A stretch of 64,000 bases of DNA from Harriotta raleighana (taxonomy: Eukaryota), in assembly GCA_050575255.1 (NCBI GenBank), contig JBNZDD010013634.1, positions 308,224 to 372,223 of the forward strand, read 5' to 3'. Each line of letters starts with the position of its first letter. Position 1 is the stretch's first letter. The position numbers and the translations under genes were made by a program. A model generated the notes under the pieces. That model saw nothing but the letters and a program-made list of their open reading frames with translations. It was not told the DNA's origin and did no database searches. This document shows, piece by piece, positions 1 through 11,518 of the stretch.

Positions 1-219
1 GATCTCTCCCTCCCCCCCTCTACCCCCGCCATTAAATGCGGAGAATCTGTTCCCACAAACAAAAGCTGTTTTGTTCAAAGTTCTGGAGGGTGCAGCGTGT
101 GGTGGATTTTATTTCTTGTCGCTGACGTTGTGTCCGGTTGCCCTTGTAATGGTTGTGATGAACCCCCTGGTAAGTTGGTGACACGGACTGATTTTCACTG
201 TTGTATCTTTCTCCGGCAG

Positions 220-273
220 GCTGATGACACTTATATGCAGCTGAAAAAGAACCTTGAGTACCTGGATCTGAAG
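220..273 (+). CDS. PLEKHA7: PLEKHA7 internal exon (ADDTYMQLKKNLEYLDLK)
   Basis: ggcAG acceptor, GTGAGT donor, 54 nt in phase 0; matches recalled human PLEKHA7 ADDTYLQLKKDLEYLDLK. The gene 5' end lies outside the window. Confidence 0.93.
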
Positions 274-2235
274 GTGAGTTCTAACCCTTTCATATCTGCT
301 CTCCTCTTCTCGTCCTTCCCTCCCACCTCTTGGACTCGCTTATTCTCCCCCGATCCACTCCAGGAGTAAGTCAGTCTACAAGAGGTCTAGCAATGGACGA
401 AGGCTGGCCTTTCTGTGTTCTACTCACCCCCCCCACCCCTATCACCCACACTGTACCGGATCCGGCAAGATCAGCTCTATGTGAGCACAGGAAGATTTGC
501 CAGCATTCCACAGATGAGTGGGAGATATGGTCTGTCATCCCAGGCAGACTGAAACCTTCAGAGAAATGACTTAACAAAGGGGGACAAAGACTGGAACTCT
601 GACATCCTGCACTGAATTCATCTCACAGTGTGTAATCTTCCCCCATCCCCCCCACCTCCTCTCACCTTCATCTTTATTCGTTGTTTGTNCATCCTGCACT
701 GAATTCATCTCACAGTGTGTAATCTTCCCCCATCCCCCCTACACACGCACACCTCCTCTCACCTTCATCTTTATTCGTTGTTTGTACATTGCCATTCAGT
801 GAAGTGACTGAATCAGGTGTTGTGAGAGTTATTGCTTCCCTCTTGTTCAACATTGGACTGGTTGTGATGGTGACGAGTGTGAGCTTTGTGCTATATGACT
901 TATTCCTTACTTATTTTACTGTCATGTAATCCTGTTGTAATGCAAGGAATGAGACTCTCAGTGCTTACCAGCTTCTTCAATAACACACTTAGCTTCTAAA
1001 ACCAAGTGTCACCTTGACGCAACCCAGTCAATTCTGCATCTATTTTAGCTTAAGCTTTGTCCTGGTTTGTCTTGATGTTTGTGTCTGAGGTTTGTGGTGC
1101 AGACTATGCTGCGGCATTCAAAGGCTCTTGATTCCTGTTCACGGAGGGGTGTGGAGTCTTTTGAAATGTAATTGTCCACAGTGTGAAATCATAGAGCGAT
1201 GTGATTTAAATGTAGTTCATTCAAATGCCCTGAAATTCATACAACAATAATATAATAATTCTTGCATTTGATGTAGCACCTTATTCACATCGTCGAGACG
1301 TCTCAAAGCACTTCACATGATATACTGTAAAGTATAGAGACTGTATATTTTGTGGGAGAATGCAGCAACAATGTCCCACAAACAGCTAATGGAGTGATTG
1401 ACCAATTTTTAAAAAATCATATTACATGTTACATTTTGACAACTCTCTCCTGCTATCCATCTAGCTATCCCCTTCCCTCTCTGCTTCCAACTCGTGTCTC
1501 AAGACCTGCCTCTTTGACTATAATTTCAGCCACCAACTGCTCCATCTCTGGATTCCACTCAGTATTTGTAAAGTGCTTTGATCCGTCCTCTTAACGTGAA
1601 TGCTGTGTGTTAGAATATGTTGTTGTTGTTCTTGTGGATCCTTATACAGTAATGTGAAACTGTTTCAAAGCACTTCACAAATAATCGCTGGAAGTGTCGT
1701 GACTGATTTACGTAGGTAAACTCAGCAGGAATTCAAGTGCAAAGAAATTGAGGTGCAGTATTTTGGGTGAAATCCTAGCTCTTGCCCTGCAGGTTTAAAG
1801 CCCAGCAAACAGTTTTCTGCGAACTGCTTTCACCCCAATGAGGAATGGATATTTCCGAGAGGAAATACTTTTCTCTAAGATAGGTCTTGGGGTTTATATT
1901 GTGGGCTGAGAGCGCCACCTTGTGCTCAGGCCGTTACAGCAACTCAGCAGTTCCAACAGGCCAGTAGTTTGGAGTGTGGAAGCTTCCGTTATGCGAGGCT
2001 AGGTTTCAGCAATTACAAAGTCGTCCGTAGGGCTGGTTGACATTGGGGCTTGCAACAACAGATGGATGTCCTAAGGATTAGCTCAGGAATGCAGTTAACT
2101 TGTTAATCCGAAGCGATGAGTGGGATTGCAGTTGCCGCTCTCAGTGATTTAATTGAAAGTGAAATGGAATGGGGGTAGGGGGGCGGAGGGTGGGAGTGAA
2201 TGGTAATGAAATGTACCCTCTTCTGTTTGGAACAG

Positions 2236-2316
2236 ATGAAGTGTAATGAGCCCTTGATCGAAATGGTTCACAGAATGATCATGGGCCCCTCTCCGAGGTT
2301 CCGACACAGTCTCCAA
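2236..2316 (+). CDS. PLEKHA7: PLEKHA7 probable alternative cassette exon (MKCNEPLIEMVHRMIMGPSPRFRHSLQ)
   Basis: aacAG/GTAAGA splice sites, 81 nt, frame-preserving; resembles the xKxNEPLI/NEPIITMVH cassette recalled from PLEKHA7/PLEKHA5 isoforms at the same position. Confidence 0.75.
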
Positions 2317-3249
2317 GTAAGACTGGCTGTTCCATCCGGCAGATAGCTGGGCAGCAAGGACCCACCAAACCATTGTGCGGCTGAACTCATCAGCAGCTTG
2401 CTTTGTAGCATGCCATGTGCGAGACATCTTGTGTCTCTCCCTGCTTGCTCGTGTCATTTCCGTGGACCCCTAATGCATTGCTGTAACACATTGGCGATCT
2501 GTTTACTGAGTGTCGGGCTGGCTGATTGTTTTTTGTGATGTGTGTGTGCGCGTGCGTGCGTGTGCAAGCAAACATGCTTCTGTTTATGTATATATGTGCG
2601 TGAGTCTGAGTGAGTGATGAAGGAACTTCCCTCCATTAATCCCAGCCGCATTCTCCTTTAGTTACATTAATACATATTGATTCAAGTTGCCCCAAATGGA
2701 CTAGGTGTGGAGTTTAACATGTACTCACATCACACATCACATTGCTTGCTGGGCTTTAAAGCTTGAAATACTGTAAAGCACTTTGAGGCTTTGTTGTCAT
2801 TATCGTCAAGTGTAGTAACTGTTTTTGGAGTCAAATGCGGCCAGTGATTTGCAGAGGTCAATGGACCAAATTTTAATCTGGAGGATTGTCGGCCGGATCG
2901 CAGGCTGAATCTCCCTCCTCCTTCTCGCTTAGCATCGCGGGGTCTTAAAACATCCCCAGGTCATCATCACTGGTTGCGCTCGTGTTATTCTGCACCGGGT
3001 CCTTTGAAACAAATGGGATCGAATGCTCGATTGTGGCTTCACCTCAGTTGCGTTATGTGAAGCGTCTGTCTTTGTGTTGATCAAAACAATAACCTTTGGA
3101 AATCTTTCGATTTTTTTTCCAATCAGAATCTGGTTTGCTGCCAGCCTCCCACTCGCTGTGTTTTCACTCCGTGTGAATGTCTCTATGTTTTACTTTGTCA
3201 TGTAATTGCACCCTACGTTGATTTCATTGAGGGTTTTTTTTTAATCCAG

Positions 3250-3315
3250 GTGACGGGGCAGGAAACAATCAGGCGTGTCATGCAGCCGATGAAGATTGCA
3301 GAAAGTGACGTTGAT
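3250..3315 (+). CDS. PLEKHA7: PLEKHA7 exon (VTGQETIRRVMQPMKIAESDVD)
   Basis: tccAG/GTAAGT; 66 nt; KIAESDxD motif as in human. Confidence 0.92.
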
Positions 3316-3446
3316 GTAAGTAAAATACCTTTTCTTCCTCTCTCTCTCTTTCTCTCTCTCTCTCGGCTCTCTCGCTTTCTCTACCTACCCCCTGGCTGGG
3401 ACCTTGTGCACTGGGTAAGTAAATCCTCCCCCTCTTTTGCCTTCAG

Positions 3447-3527
3447 GCTAAACTGAGCAGACTTTGTGAACGGGACAAAAGTCTTCAAGATTTGGAAATG
3501 AAAGTCAGGCAGCTCAAGATGGACAAG
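3447..3527 (+). CDS. PLEKHA7: PLEKHA7 exon, coiled-coil (AKLSRLCERDKSLQDLEMKVRQLKMDK)
   Basis: ttcAG/GTAACA; 81 nt; similar to human VKLSIFCEQDRVLQDLEDKIRALKENK. Confidence 0.93.
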
Positions 3528-3813
3528 GTAACAATACTAATAAACCTTGCATTTGACGAAGCGCCTTATCACGTCTTCGAGATGTCTCAAAGCGCCTCAC
3601 AGAATATTCCATAGAAAGTGAATTCCGTGTATGTTTTGTGGCATACAAAAAGATAACATGGGTCCACTGTGTAAGGAGTTACCCAGTTGTGGGTGGCAGG
3701 AGTCCACTTTATAAAGAGGGTACACTGGTGTGGATGGCACACTGGGCAAGGACACTGGGCGATGTGGCTCTGCTCCCAGCTCTTGCCTTGTTTTCATCTG
3801 GTCTCTTGTTCAG

Positions 3814-3963
3814 GACAAGCTGGAGTCAGTGCTGGAAGTGACGCACACACAAATGGAGCAGTACAGGGGGCAGTCCACCCACACCGACAAGATCGCCTAC
3901 CAGCAGAGGCTACTGCAGGAGGACCTGGTTCAGATCCGAGCCGAGATCTCCATCATCTCCACG
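3814..3963 (+). CDS. PLEKHA7: PLEKHA7 exon, coiled-coil (DKLESVLEV...QQRLLQEDLVQIRAEISIIST)
   Basis: ttcAG/GTAAGC; 150 nt; lies within ORF 3730..3996; strong match to human DQLESVLEVLHRQMEQY...LLQEDLVHIRAE. Confidence 0.95.
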
Positions 3964-4408
3964 GTAAGCTCCACGCATCCATGTCATTCTGTCTGAACAC
4001 TTAACCAAGTCTCATTTTCGACAGTGTGGGTTGTCAGAGCGGGCAATGTGTGTTGCTGGGGGAGCGTGGGGCATTGGCATAACTTGGGCGTTTTATCACC
4101 TCCAGTTGTATGTATATGTGTGTGTGTGTGGATGGATGGGTACGTGTATCTGTCTGTGTTTTTGTGTTTATCTGTGAGTGTGTGCATGTGTCTGTGGCTC
4201 TGTGTAGTATGGCTGTAGTTTGGGTTTAGTATATTTAAGCACTCGAGGATGCTACCCTGCGTGAAGTACACTATATAAATGCAAGTTGTGGTTGTGTTTG
4301 CGTGTTTATCTGTGAGTGTGAGTCTGTGAATCTGTATCTTTGCGGCTGTCTGTGTCATTGAAAACAAGGCAATTCTCCTAAGCTCTCCCTTCACTCTCTG
4401 GTGTGTAG

Positions 4409-4510
4409 GAGATGGAGAATGTCTGGAAGGAATACGAGCAGACAGAACGTGATGTGAACCAGCTAAAGGAATTGATGCTGGAACATCTAAGAATAGTCCC
4501 AAACTCCCAG
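4409..4510 (+). CDS. PLEKHA7: PLEKHA7 exon (EMENVWKEYEQTERDVNQLKELMLEHLRIVPNSQ)
   Basis: tgtAG/GTTAGC; 102 nt; similar to human EMENAWNEYLKLENDVEQLK. Confidence 0.92.
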
Positions 4511-4716
4511 GTTAGCGCTCGAAAGGATGTGAATGGATGTTAAGTTTTTTGTGGTATACTTGAGTTTCCGAAAATAGTTTTTTTTTGCAGGAAATTGGCA
4601 TTTTGTCCACTTGGATTTGTTATTGTTATTCTTATTATTAATGATTTTATTACAACCAGTCCATTTTACAGTCCATGCTTGGAATCGGTAACCTGACAAT
4701 TTGCTTCTTGAATCAG

Positions 4717-4825
4717 GAGCAAGTGCAGATAAGGAAGGATCTGCGGAGGATCGAGGATGTCATGGGGGGGCTCAGTGTGAGCAAAAGCAACTACAAAGTC
4801 ATCATGGAATCCATCCAGAACCCTG
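4717..4825 (+). CDS. PLEKHA7: PLEKHA7 exon (EQVQIRKDLRRIEDVMGGLSVSKSNYKVIMESIQNP)
   Basis: atcAG/GTGAGT; 109 nt, phase 0 to 1; human QIQKDLWRIEDV..GLS..K.N. Confidence 0.94.
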
Positions 4826-4970
4826 GTGAGTCAAACTGCACCTGGTTTAGACCCAGAATTTGCCCCACAAATCTCTGTGATTTAGCGTAAATTCTTTCCT
4901 TCTTTTTCTCCCCCCCCGTCCTCTGCTCCTGCTCCCGCACCTCACTCATTAAATTTTTTTTTTTTTCTAG

Positions 4971-5158
4971 ACCGAAGAACTGTGCCTTCAATGCCTTCCT
5001 CATCAGTGCCTTCTTTCTCAACTGCGTCCATGTATGAGAGGAGAGCTGCAAATCAGCTGAGCCCTCTAGTCAGTCCATTGATGCTTTCGCCTGGGTCCCA
5101 ACCTCAGTCTCAATACAGACCTCAAACTCTGCCTCAGTTCAGACAACAGCCAAAGGTG
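4971..5158 (+). CDS. PLEKHA7: PLEKHA7 exon, Ser/Pro-rich (DRRTVPSMPSSSVPS...QQPKV)
   Basis: Long poly-T tract plus ctAG; donor GTGAGT at 5159, with an alternative in-frame GT at 5156; phase 1 to 0 fits its neighbours. Confidence 0.85.
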
Positions 5159-5605
5159 GTGAGTGGCTCTTGTTAAAAGCTACCAAGCCCGGAACATTGA
5201 CTTTCCTCTGGATGCGCAGGAGGTTTCATGGTGAAAGAGAAATGAATGAGGAAAAATCTTCTCACTCGCACATGCAAGGCCTTTCATTTCGCGAGAATGT
5301 CGCAAAGCGCTTGACGGGACTTACAGTAAAGTGTAATGACCGAAAGGCTGCATCTTGGGTTCTCAAAGGATCTAATAAGGAAAAAGTGGCTCAGTTGTTA
5401 GTACTTTTGCTTCCTGAGTCAGGGTTCAAGGACCAAGTCAGGACTTTAAACTCACATAGTCTAGACTCACACTAAGCTTGGGGAGGGATGCATTTATGCC
5501 TAACGGGTGAAACCGAGGTCCAGTCTGCCTGTTCAGGTGGATGTCAAAGATTCAACGGCAATATTCGGAAGGAGGAGGGAGTTTATAATTAGGATCTAAT
5601 TAACT

Positions 5606-8030
5606 TGCCACATTTGCACGAAGAAATCGATGATCTGAGATTTTTCTATTCCCTGTAATTCGGAGTCAGAAATATTTTTTAAAAACTGTTAAATTGGCAA
5701 GTTTCATGAAGCAGGAATGACAAATGCTGGGGAAAAGAGGCGAGCGAGCGTAAAAGCCGCCTGATATTGCAAATGGATGTTTGCAGTGAGCGTGTGCTGT
5801 ACTGGAGCACAGGTCTAGATTTGTGAGCACAGAGGTCCGATGTGAAGCTTGAACCCAAAGGGTTCTGACTCGGAGGCGAGAGTGTTACCAACTGAACCAA
5901 ACTGACACCTAATGCAATGCGGAGAGAAAGTCAGCCCAGACTGTATTGCAGGAGCCATTACTGTCATCACATCAAGTGTGAGCGGTATCTGCTTTCTTTC
6001 CTGGAGCAGTGAGATATCTCTGGGTAACTAGTGTCAGATAGTCTATTCGGGATAATAATGTACTTTCAGGAGCCAGGAGAGGAACCTGTGAACAGTGCTT
6101 TGCTGTTCGGTGTAAGTGCACTTAAAATAACAGATTGCCAACATTTGCGGAGATGCTTTTTAGCTTTTTCACAACATTTCTACCCACAGGGGAGCTTTAC
6201 AAGCCAAACAGTACATAATGTAGCAGGCTTCTGACAACTGATAGCTGCATCACTGTACTTTTCCGAGTGGACTGCGCTCTGCACTAATTTAGTCCGTTTG
6301 CTCCCATCCAGTTCTGTTTCATTTTTACCCCCATCTCCCTTGTTTTTCACAATTTTAGATGTGACAGTGGAATACACATAACTGCATCTAAAGCCTTCTT
6401 TTTTACTGAATGTATTAGTTTCACCAAAGCTGATAATGCCTTGGTCAATCTACTCCGCCTTACATTCATCCCGAGCCAAATTTGCTTCCTACAGCGGGAA
6501 CGTCAGATATAATGTTAAGGAGAGAGATGAGAACCACAACAGGGCTCTAAACTGTACCTGAGTCAAGTCCTTCATTCCTGTCAGGAAGTCCAGTTGGGGA
6601 TTCACTACCTGAATTACCAACTCAGCGACTCATAGACTACACATTGCATATCATATCATAAACTGACTGTCGTATCCTAGTGCTGTAATGTATTGTCGTG
6701 CTTCAGATAAGATATTAAATCTGTTGGATCGGAATTTCGTGCCTCAGGACATCACCCACACACCCACACGTCGCCAACACGGATAGTACAAAGCATGGCA
6801 TTGATCTATTTATTATGNTGCCACATTTGCACGAAGAAATCGATGATCTGAGATTTTTCTATTCCCTGTAATTCGGAGTCAGAAATATTTTTTAAAAACT
6901 GTTAAATTGGCAAGTTTCATGAAGCAGGAATGACAAATGCTGGGGAAAAGAGGCGAGCGAGCGTAAAAGCCGCCTGATATTGCAAATGGATGTTTGCAGT
7001 GAGCGTGTGCTGTACTGGAGCACAGGTCTAGATTTGTGAGCACAGAGGTCCGATGTGAAGCTTGAACCCAAAGGGTTCTGACTCGGAGGCGAGAGTGTTA
7101 CCAACTGAACCAAACTGACACCTAATGCAATGCGGAGAGAAAGTCAGCCCAGACTGTATTGCAGGAGCCATTACTGTCATCACATCAAGTGTGAGCGGTA
7201 TCTGCTTTCTTTCCTGGAGCAGTGAGATATCTCTGGGTAACTAGTGTCAGATAGTCTATTCGGGATAATAATGTACTTTCAGGAGCCAGGAGAGGAACCT
7301 GTGAACAGTGCTTTGCTGTTCGGTGTAAGTGCACTTAAAATAACAGATTGCCAACATTTGCGGAGATGCTTTTTAGCTTTTTCACAACATTTCTACCCAC
7401 AGGGGAGCTTTACAAGCCAAACAGTACATAATGTAGCAGGCTTCTGACAACTGATAGCTGCATCACTGTACTTTTCCGAGTGGACTGCGCTCTGCACTAA
7501 TTTAGTCCGTTTGCTCCCATCCAGTTCTGTTTCATTTTTACCCCCATCTCCCTTGTTTTTCACAATTTTAGATGTGACAGTGGAATACACATAACTGCAT
7601 CTAAAGCCTTCTTTTTTACTGAATGTATTAGTTTCACCAAAGCTGATAATGCCTTGGTCAATCTACTCCGCCTTACATTCATCCCGAGCCAAATTTGCTT
7701 CCTACAGCGGGAACGTCAGATATAATGTTAAGGAGAGAGATGAGAACCACAACAGGGCTCTAAACTGTACCTGAGTCAAGTCCTTCATTCCTGTCAGGAA
7801 GTCCAGTTGGGGATTCACTACCTGAATTACCAACTCAGCGACTCATAGACTACACATTGCATATCATATCATAAACTGACTGTCGTATCCTAGTGCTGTA
7901 ATGTATTGTCGTGCTTCAGATAAGATATTAAATCTGTTGGATCGGAATTTCGTGCCTCAGGACATCACCCACACACCCACACGTCGCCAACACGGATAGT
8001 ACAAAGCATGGCATTGATCTATTTATTATG
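5606..8030. other. 1212-bp tandem duplication across a single N (5606-6817 / 6819-8030); probable assembly overlap artefact
   Basis: Identical ORFs offset by 1213 nt; the junction is the N at 6818. Confidence 0.88.
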
Positions 8031-8307
8031 ACATGTAACTCCCGCCTGCCTGTTCAGGTGGATGTTAAACATTCCATGGCCTAATCGGAAAGAGAAGGAA
8101 GTTTTGTCCGGTTTCTGGCCGACAAGCCCTCAGATAAAATCTGTCATTCACATTATGGTTGTTTGTGAGACTATGTGCGAATTGGCCGCCCCCTTTTTGG
8201 CAACAAATCCACTTGACGGAAGTCTCCACAAAGCACTTTGAGACATTTTGATAGGTTGAGAGCTGTATCAAATTTGTTGTTGAGATAATCTGTGGGATTT
8301 TTTACAG

Positions 8308-8499
8308 CCAGTGGATGATGCTCCGCCCAGGCCGCCTCTCCCCCACATGTACAGCCCTGATGACCTGCCACCAGCAGTCCCACCTCTACCAAAAGATGCC
8401 ACAGTCATCAGGCACACGTCAGTGCGGGGACTCAAACGCCAATCAGATGAGAGGAAGCGCGACCGGGAGTACGGCCAGTACATGAACGGAGATTACAAG
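8308..8499 (+). CDS. PLEKHA7: PLEKHA7 exon (PVDDAPPRPPLP...IRHTSVRGLKRQSDERKRDRE...GDYK)
   Basis: tacAG/GTGAGC; 192 nt; near-identical to the human APPRPPLP...RHTSVRGLKRQSDERKRDRE motif. Confidence 0.96.
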
Positions 8500-8680
8500 G
8501 TGAGCAGACCCGTGCGTTGACCTTTGTAACAGTATATTCTGTGAAGAGCTTTTGAGATGTCTCAATGACAAATGCATATATTATGTACAGTATGTGACTG
8601 CTTGCTTCTGTCACCTAGCAAATTCTTATAACCTTGTGTTTAATGGCGGTTGGTCTGATCTGTTTGATGGCTTGTTGCAG

Positions 8681-8789
8681 GCAGAGCTGCGTTCCTATGT
8701 GAGCGAGCCGGAGCTGATGTCAGTGGGGAGCAGATCTAAGACCGGATCCTTAGACCACGATGGTGGATTCCAGACCCTGCCCGGCCGAG
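8681..8789 (+). CDS. PLEKHA7: PLEKHA7 exon (AELRSYVSEPEL...FQTLPGR)
   Basis: tgcAG/GTAGGT; 109 nt; human VELRSYVSEPEL...YQTLPGR. Confidence 0.95.
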
Positions 8790-9519
8790 GTAGGTCCTGG
8801 GCGGAGCCCAGCACACCGAGGGGATGCCAGTTATGATATACAAGGATATGTACCCATCTGCAGTGGGGCTCTGATTTATGCTGGTCGGCCTAATCTCAGA
8901 GCAAAGCCAAGGTATTGCCTCGAAAACAAAGCCCCTTGTGTGCACCGTTTGTTTGGCAAGTTGGAGCCCTCACTTCTCCAACAAGAGCCTTTGCTTTGAT
9001 GAAGTGCTGACTGTCAGTCTGGCTGGTGATCAGTGGCTTCTGATTGAATGATCTAACATTGCTCCATTCACAGTGTGTTTAAACAACAACGTGCATTTTT
9101 AAGCATCCTTCACGCAGGGTAATGTGTCGTGCTCACTGCGTGTCAGAGGCGAAGGAGTCACTCTTGACTTGCCATGTTTTCTGTGCTATAAATACATATT
9201 TAATGTTTCCCGATCTGTATATTTAATAATTTACATGTGTGCAGCATAAATAGGGGGGTAGGGGGTGGGGGTGTGGTGGGAGGTGCCACACTCCATTTGC
9301 GGTATCTGCCGATCCGCAAGTTAATGGCGTTCTACTATAGCCTTGTGTCACCAGCACACAGGTGGTGGAAATAACCTGTCGCATTTGAACTTGAAACCCA
9401 CCCCACCCCTCAAACCAATGGTGACCTTCCACCACGTGGCTACTGACAGGTTTGTAAATAGACAAATCCGGCTTTAGAAAACAGCAGCCTCCATTCGCGT
9501 TGCCCCTTTTCCTTTCCAG

Positions 9520-9614
9520 GTTTGTCGTCATCCAGCACAGGGCTGCAGCAGTCATCCAACGTCACGTCACACTACGTCACGCTCCGGAGAGGGAAGGACG
9601 ACATCAGTTCAAAG
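9520..9614 (+). CDS. PLEKHA7: PLEKHA7 exon (GLSSSSTGLQQSSNVTSHYVTLRRGKDDISSK)
   Basis: tccAG/GTAAAG; 95 nt, phase 1 to 0; YVTLRRG motif. Confidence 0.94.
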
Positions 9615-9722
9615 GTAAAGGGCTGTGTGTCAGCCTGGCCCAGTGGTAATACTTTTGCCTCCGAGTCAGAAGGGTGGAGTTCAAGCTCCACCTCAGGACT
9701 TGAAATGACATAGTCTAAGATT

Positions 9723-9815
9723 ATTATTATTATTGCTATCCCAGTTAATGCAACACATCCCAGCTCCCCATTTCATGGGGTGTGTTGCATTAACTGGGAT
9801 AGCAATAATAATAAT
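9723..9815. repeat. Perfect 35-bp inverted repeat (hairpin)
   Basis: ATTATTATTATTGCTATCCCAGTTAATGCAACACA (9723-9757) is the exact reverse complement of 9781-9815. Confidence 0.92.
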
Positions 9816-10162
9816 GATGCTTGCATGTTACTAGAGCACCTTATCACATCTTCAAGATGTTGCAGTTGTGGGGTGGCACTATTTTGCTAGAGGTACCGTC
9901 CTTTGAATGAGCCATTAAATAGGTCCCTTCACCATAGAGAAGAATTTTCCACTATCTGACATGTCAGTTCTCATCAATGTTTTATTCACAGAGCAACATT
10001 ACATCTCTTATCTAAGCCATGGAACAAACATAGACACAAAATACCTGCTTTGCTCAGTTCCCTGCGTTTTTACATTTTGAATGTATTTTTGGTACAAATT
10101 ATGTACTGAGCATAAAAATTCAGCCGAGCATGGTGAGGTTTTATGTTCGGTTCATGAATGCA

Positions 10163-10440
10163 TAGCTCAGTGGTTAGAGCACTTCCCTTGCAAGCGAGAA
10201 ACCTGGGTTCGATTCCAGGCAGGGCAAAACCTTGGGCAAGTTTCCTTACTCCACAAGCCTGATACTAATCCCTCAAAAAAAATTACTAAATTGGGCAGCT
10301 CAATCCACGACTGTTTGTGGGACACTGTTCTGTGCAATTGGCTACGGTGTTTCGCCCACAAAATATTCAAAATATTCACTTTACAGTATATTCTAGAAGA
10401 TATAAAAAGCGTTATATCAAATACAAGGATTATTATTATA
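10163..10440 (+). mobile_element. tRNA-derived SINE (young family; SINE2 type with L2-like tail)
   Basis: A box TAGCTCAGTGG, B box GGTTCGATTCC, body CCTTGGGCAAGTTTCCTTACTCCAC, tail ...ATCAAATACAAGG(ATT)n; multiple copies in the window. Confidence 0.88.
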
Positions 10441-10799
10441 TAATTTGCATTGAACCAAAGTGGGTTTTTCAGGAATCTGAGAGATGAATTTGAAACTTAT
10501 TAATATTAATTGAGAGGTGAATGTGAAGTTAATTATGTTAATTGAGTTTAATGTTTGTTAATTATGATGAATCACTTTGACTGGAGAATATTAATCGGGA
10601 ATTTATTAAATCCTTTCTGCGGAGGATACTATCAGAGACTGTTTTAATTGCATAAAATACGAGAGGTTTCAAAGTGGCAAGTTAGTTAATGCATTGAATA
10701 GTGTACGGTTTGGAGGATAGAGTTACTGTATAGTGCTTCAGAATCGTCTTTTCCTCTGGAATACTATTGCACCTTTAACACATTCATCTTATCATAATA

Positions 10800-11250
10800 T
10801 GGAAGGCTCAGCTACCAGCACTCTTGCCTCTGAGGCAGAAGTTGTGGTATTAAGCTACATGTCATAACTTTGAGCTCCAGGGGCTGTGCATTGCTGAGGG
10901 AGTTGTTCAGGTGAGATGATAAACCGAGCCTGTTGAGGTGGATATTAAATATCCCATGGCACTGTTCAAACAGTAAAAGGAATATCACATTTCACGTTGT
11001 GAGCTCTCAAAGTGCTTCAAGGATGTACTATAAAGTGTATTTTGAGAGTTAAACATGGCAGCCAGTTGCGCACAGCGAGGTCCTACATACAGTCAGTATA
11101 GAGTGTGTGACCAATTTTATCTGGAGGATTGTTGGCCTGGCCACCAGAAGAAACTCCCTTCTCTTTTCGAGTAGCGTCATCTTGGGATAACATCCACCTG
11201 AACAGACAGATGGGACCTCGGTTTTAACGTCTCATCCAAAGGGCAGGATG
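10800..11250. mobile_element. Two Deu-domain SINE fragments in opposite orientation (+ ~10800-10980; - ~10990-11250)
   Basis: GATGATAAACCGAGCCTGTTGAGGTGGATATTAAATATCCCATGGCAC on +; CATCCACCTGAACAG...CCTCGGTTTTAACGTCTCATCCAAAGG is the reverse complement of the Deu core. Confidence 0.7.
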
Positions 11251-11320
11251 TTAGTTTGTTTAAACCACTCATTTTCTTGTTTCATTCTCGTTTCCTTCTC
11301 CTCGCCCTGTATCGTTGCAG

Positions 11321-11518
11321 CAGAGGCCAAAGAGCGCTGTGGAGCGCCTGTACGGGGAAAACCAAAGAGGGAGGATGAGCGCGGAGGAACAGCTGGAACG
11401 TATGAAGAGGCATCAAAAGGCCCTGGTTCGCGAGCGGAAGCGAACACTCAGTCACGGAGAGCGTCAATCCACTTCTTCCCGGCCTTCCTTCAGACCAGCT
11501 TCTGCTGATATTGGCTCA
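11321..11518 (+). CDS. PLEKHA7: PLEKHA7 exon (QRPKSAVERLY...MSAEEQLERMKRHQKALVRERKRTL...DIGS); reads through to VR* (stop at 11527) if the donor is unused
   Basis: CAGCAG acceptor, GTACGT donor; RPKSA.ERL and MSAEEQLERMKRHQ are hallmarks of PLEKHA5/6/7. Confidence 0.96.

Noticed and set aside
3984-4502. 172-aa minus-strand ORF
   Set aside because: Antisense to a PLEKHA7 exon and (GT)n-rich intron; His/Thr-rich translation of a microsatellite.
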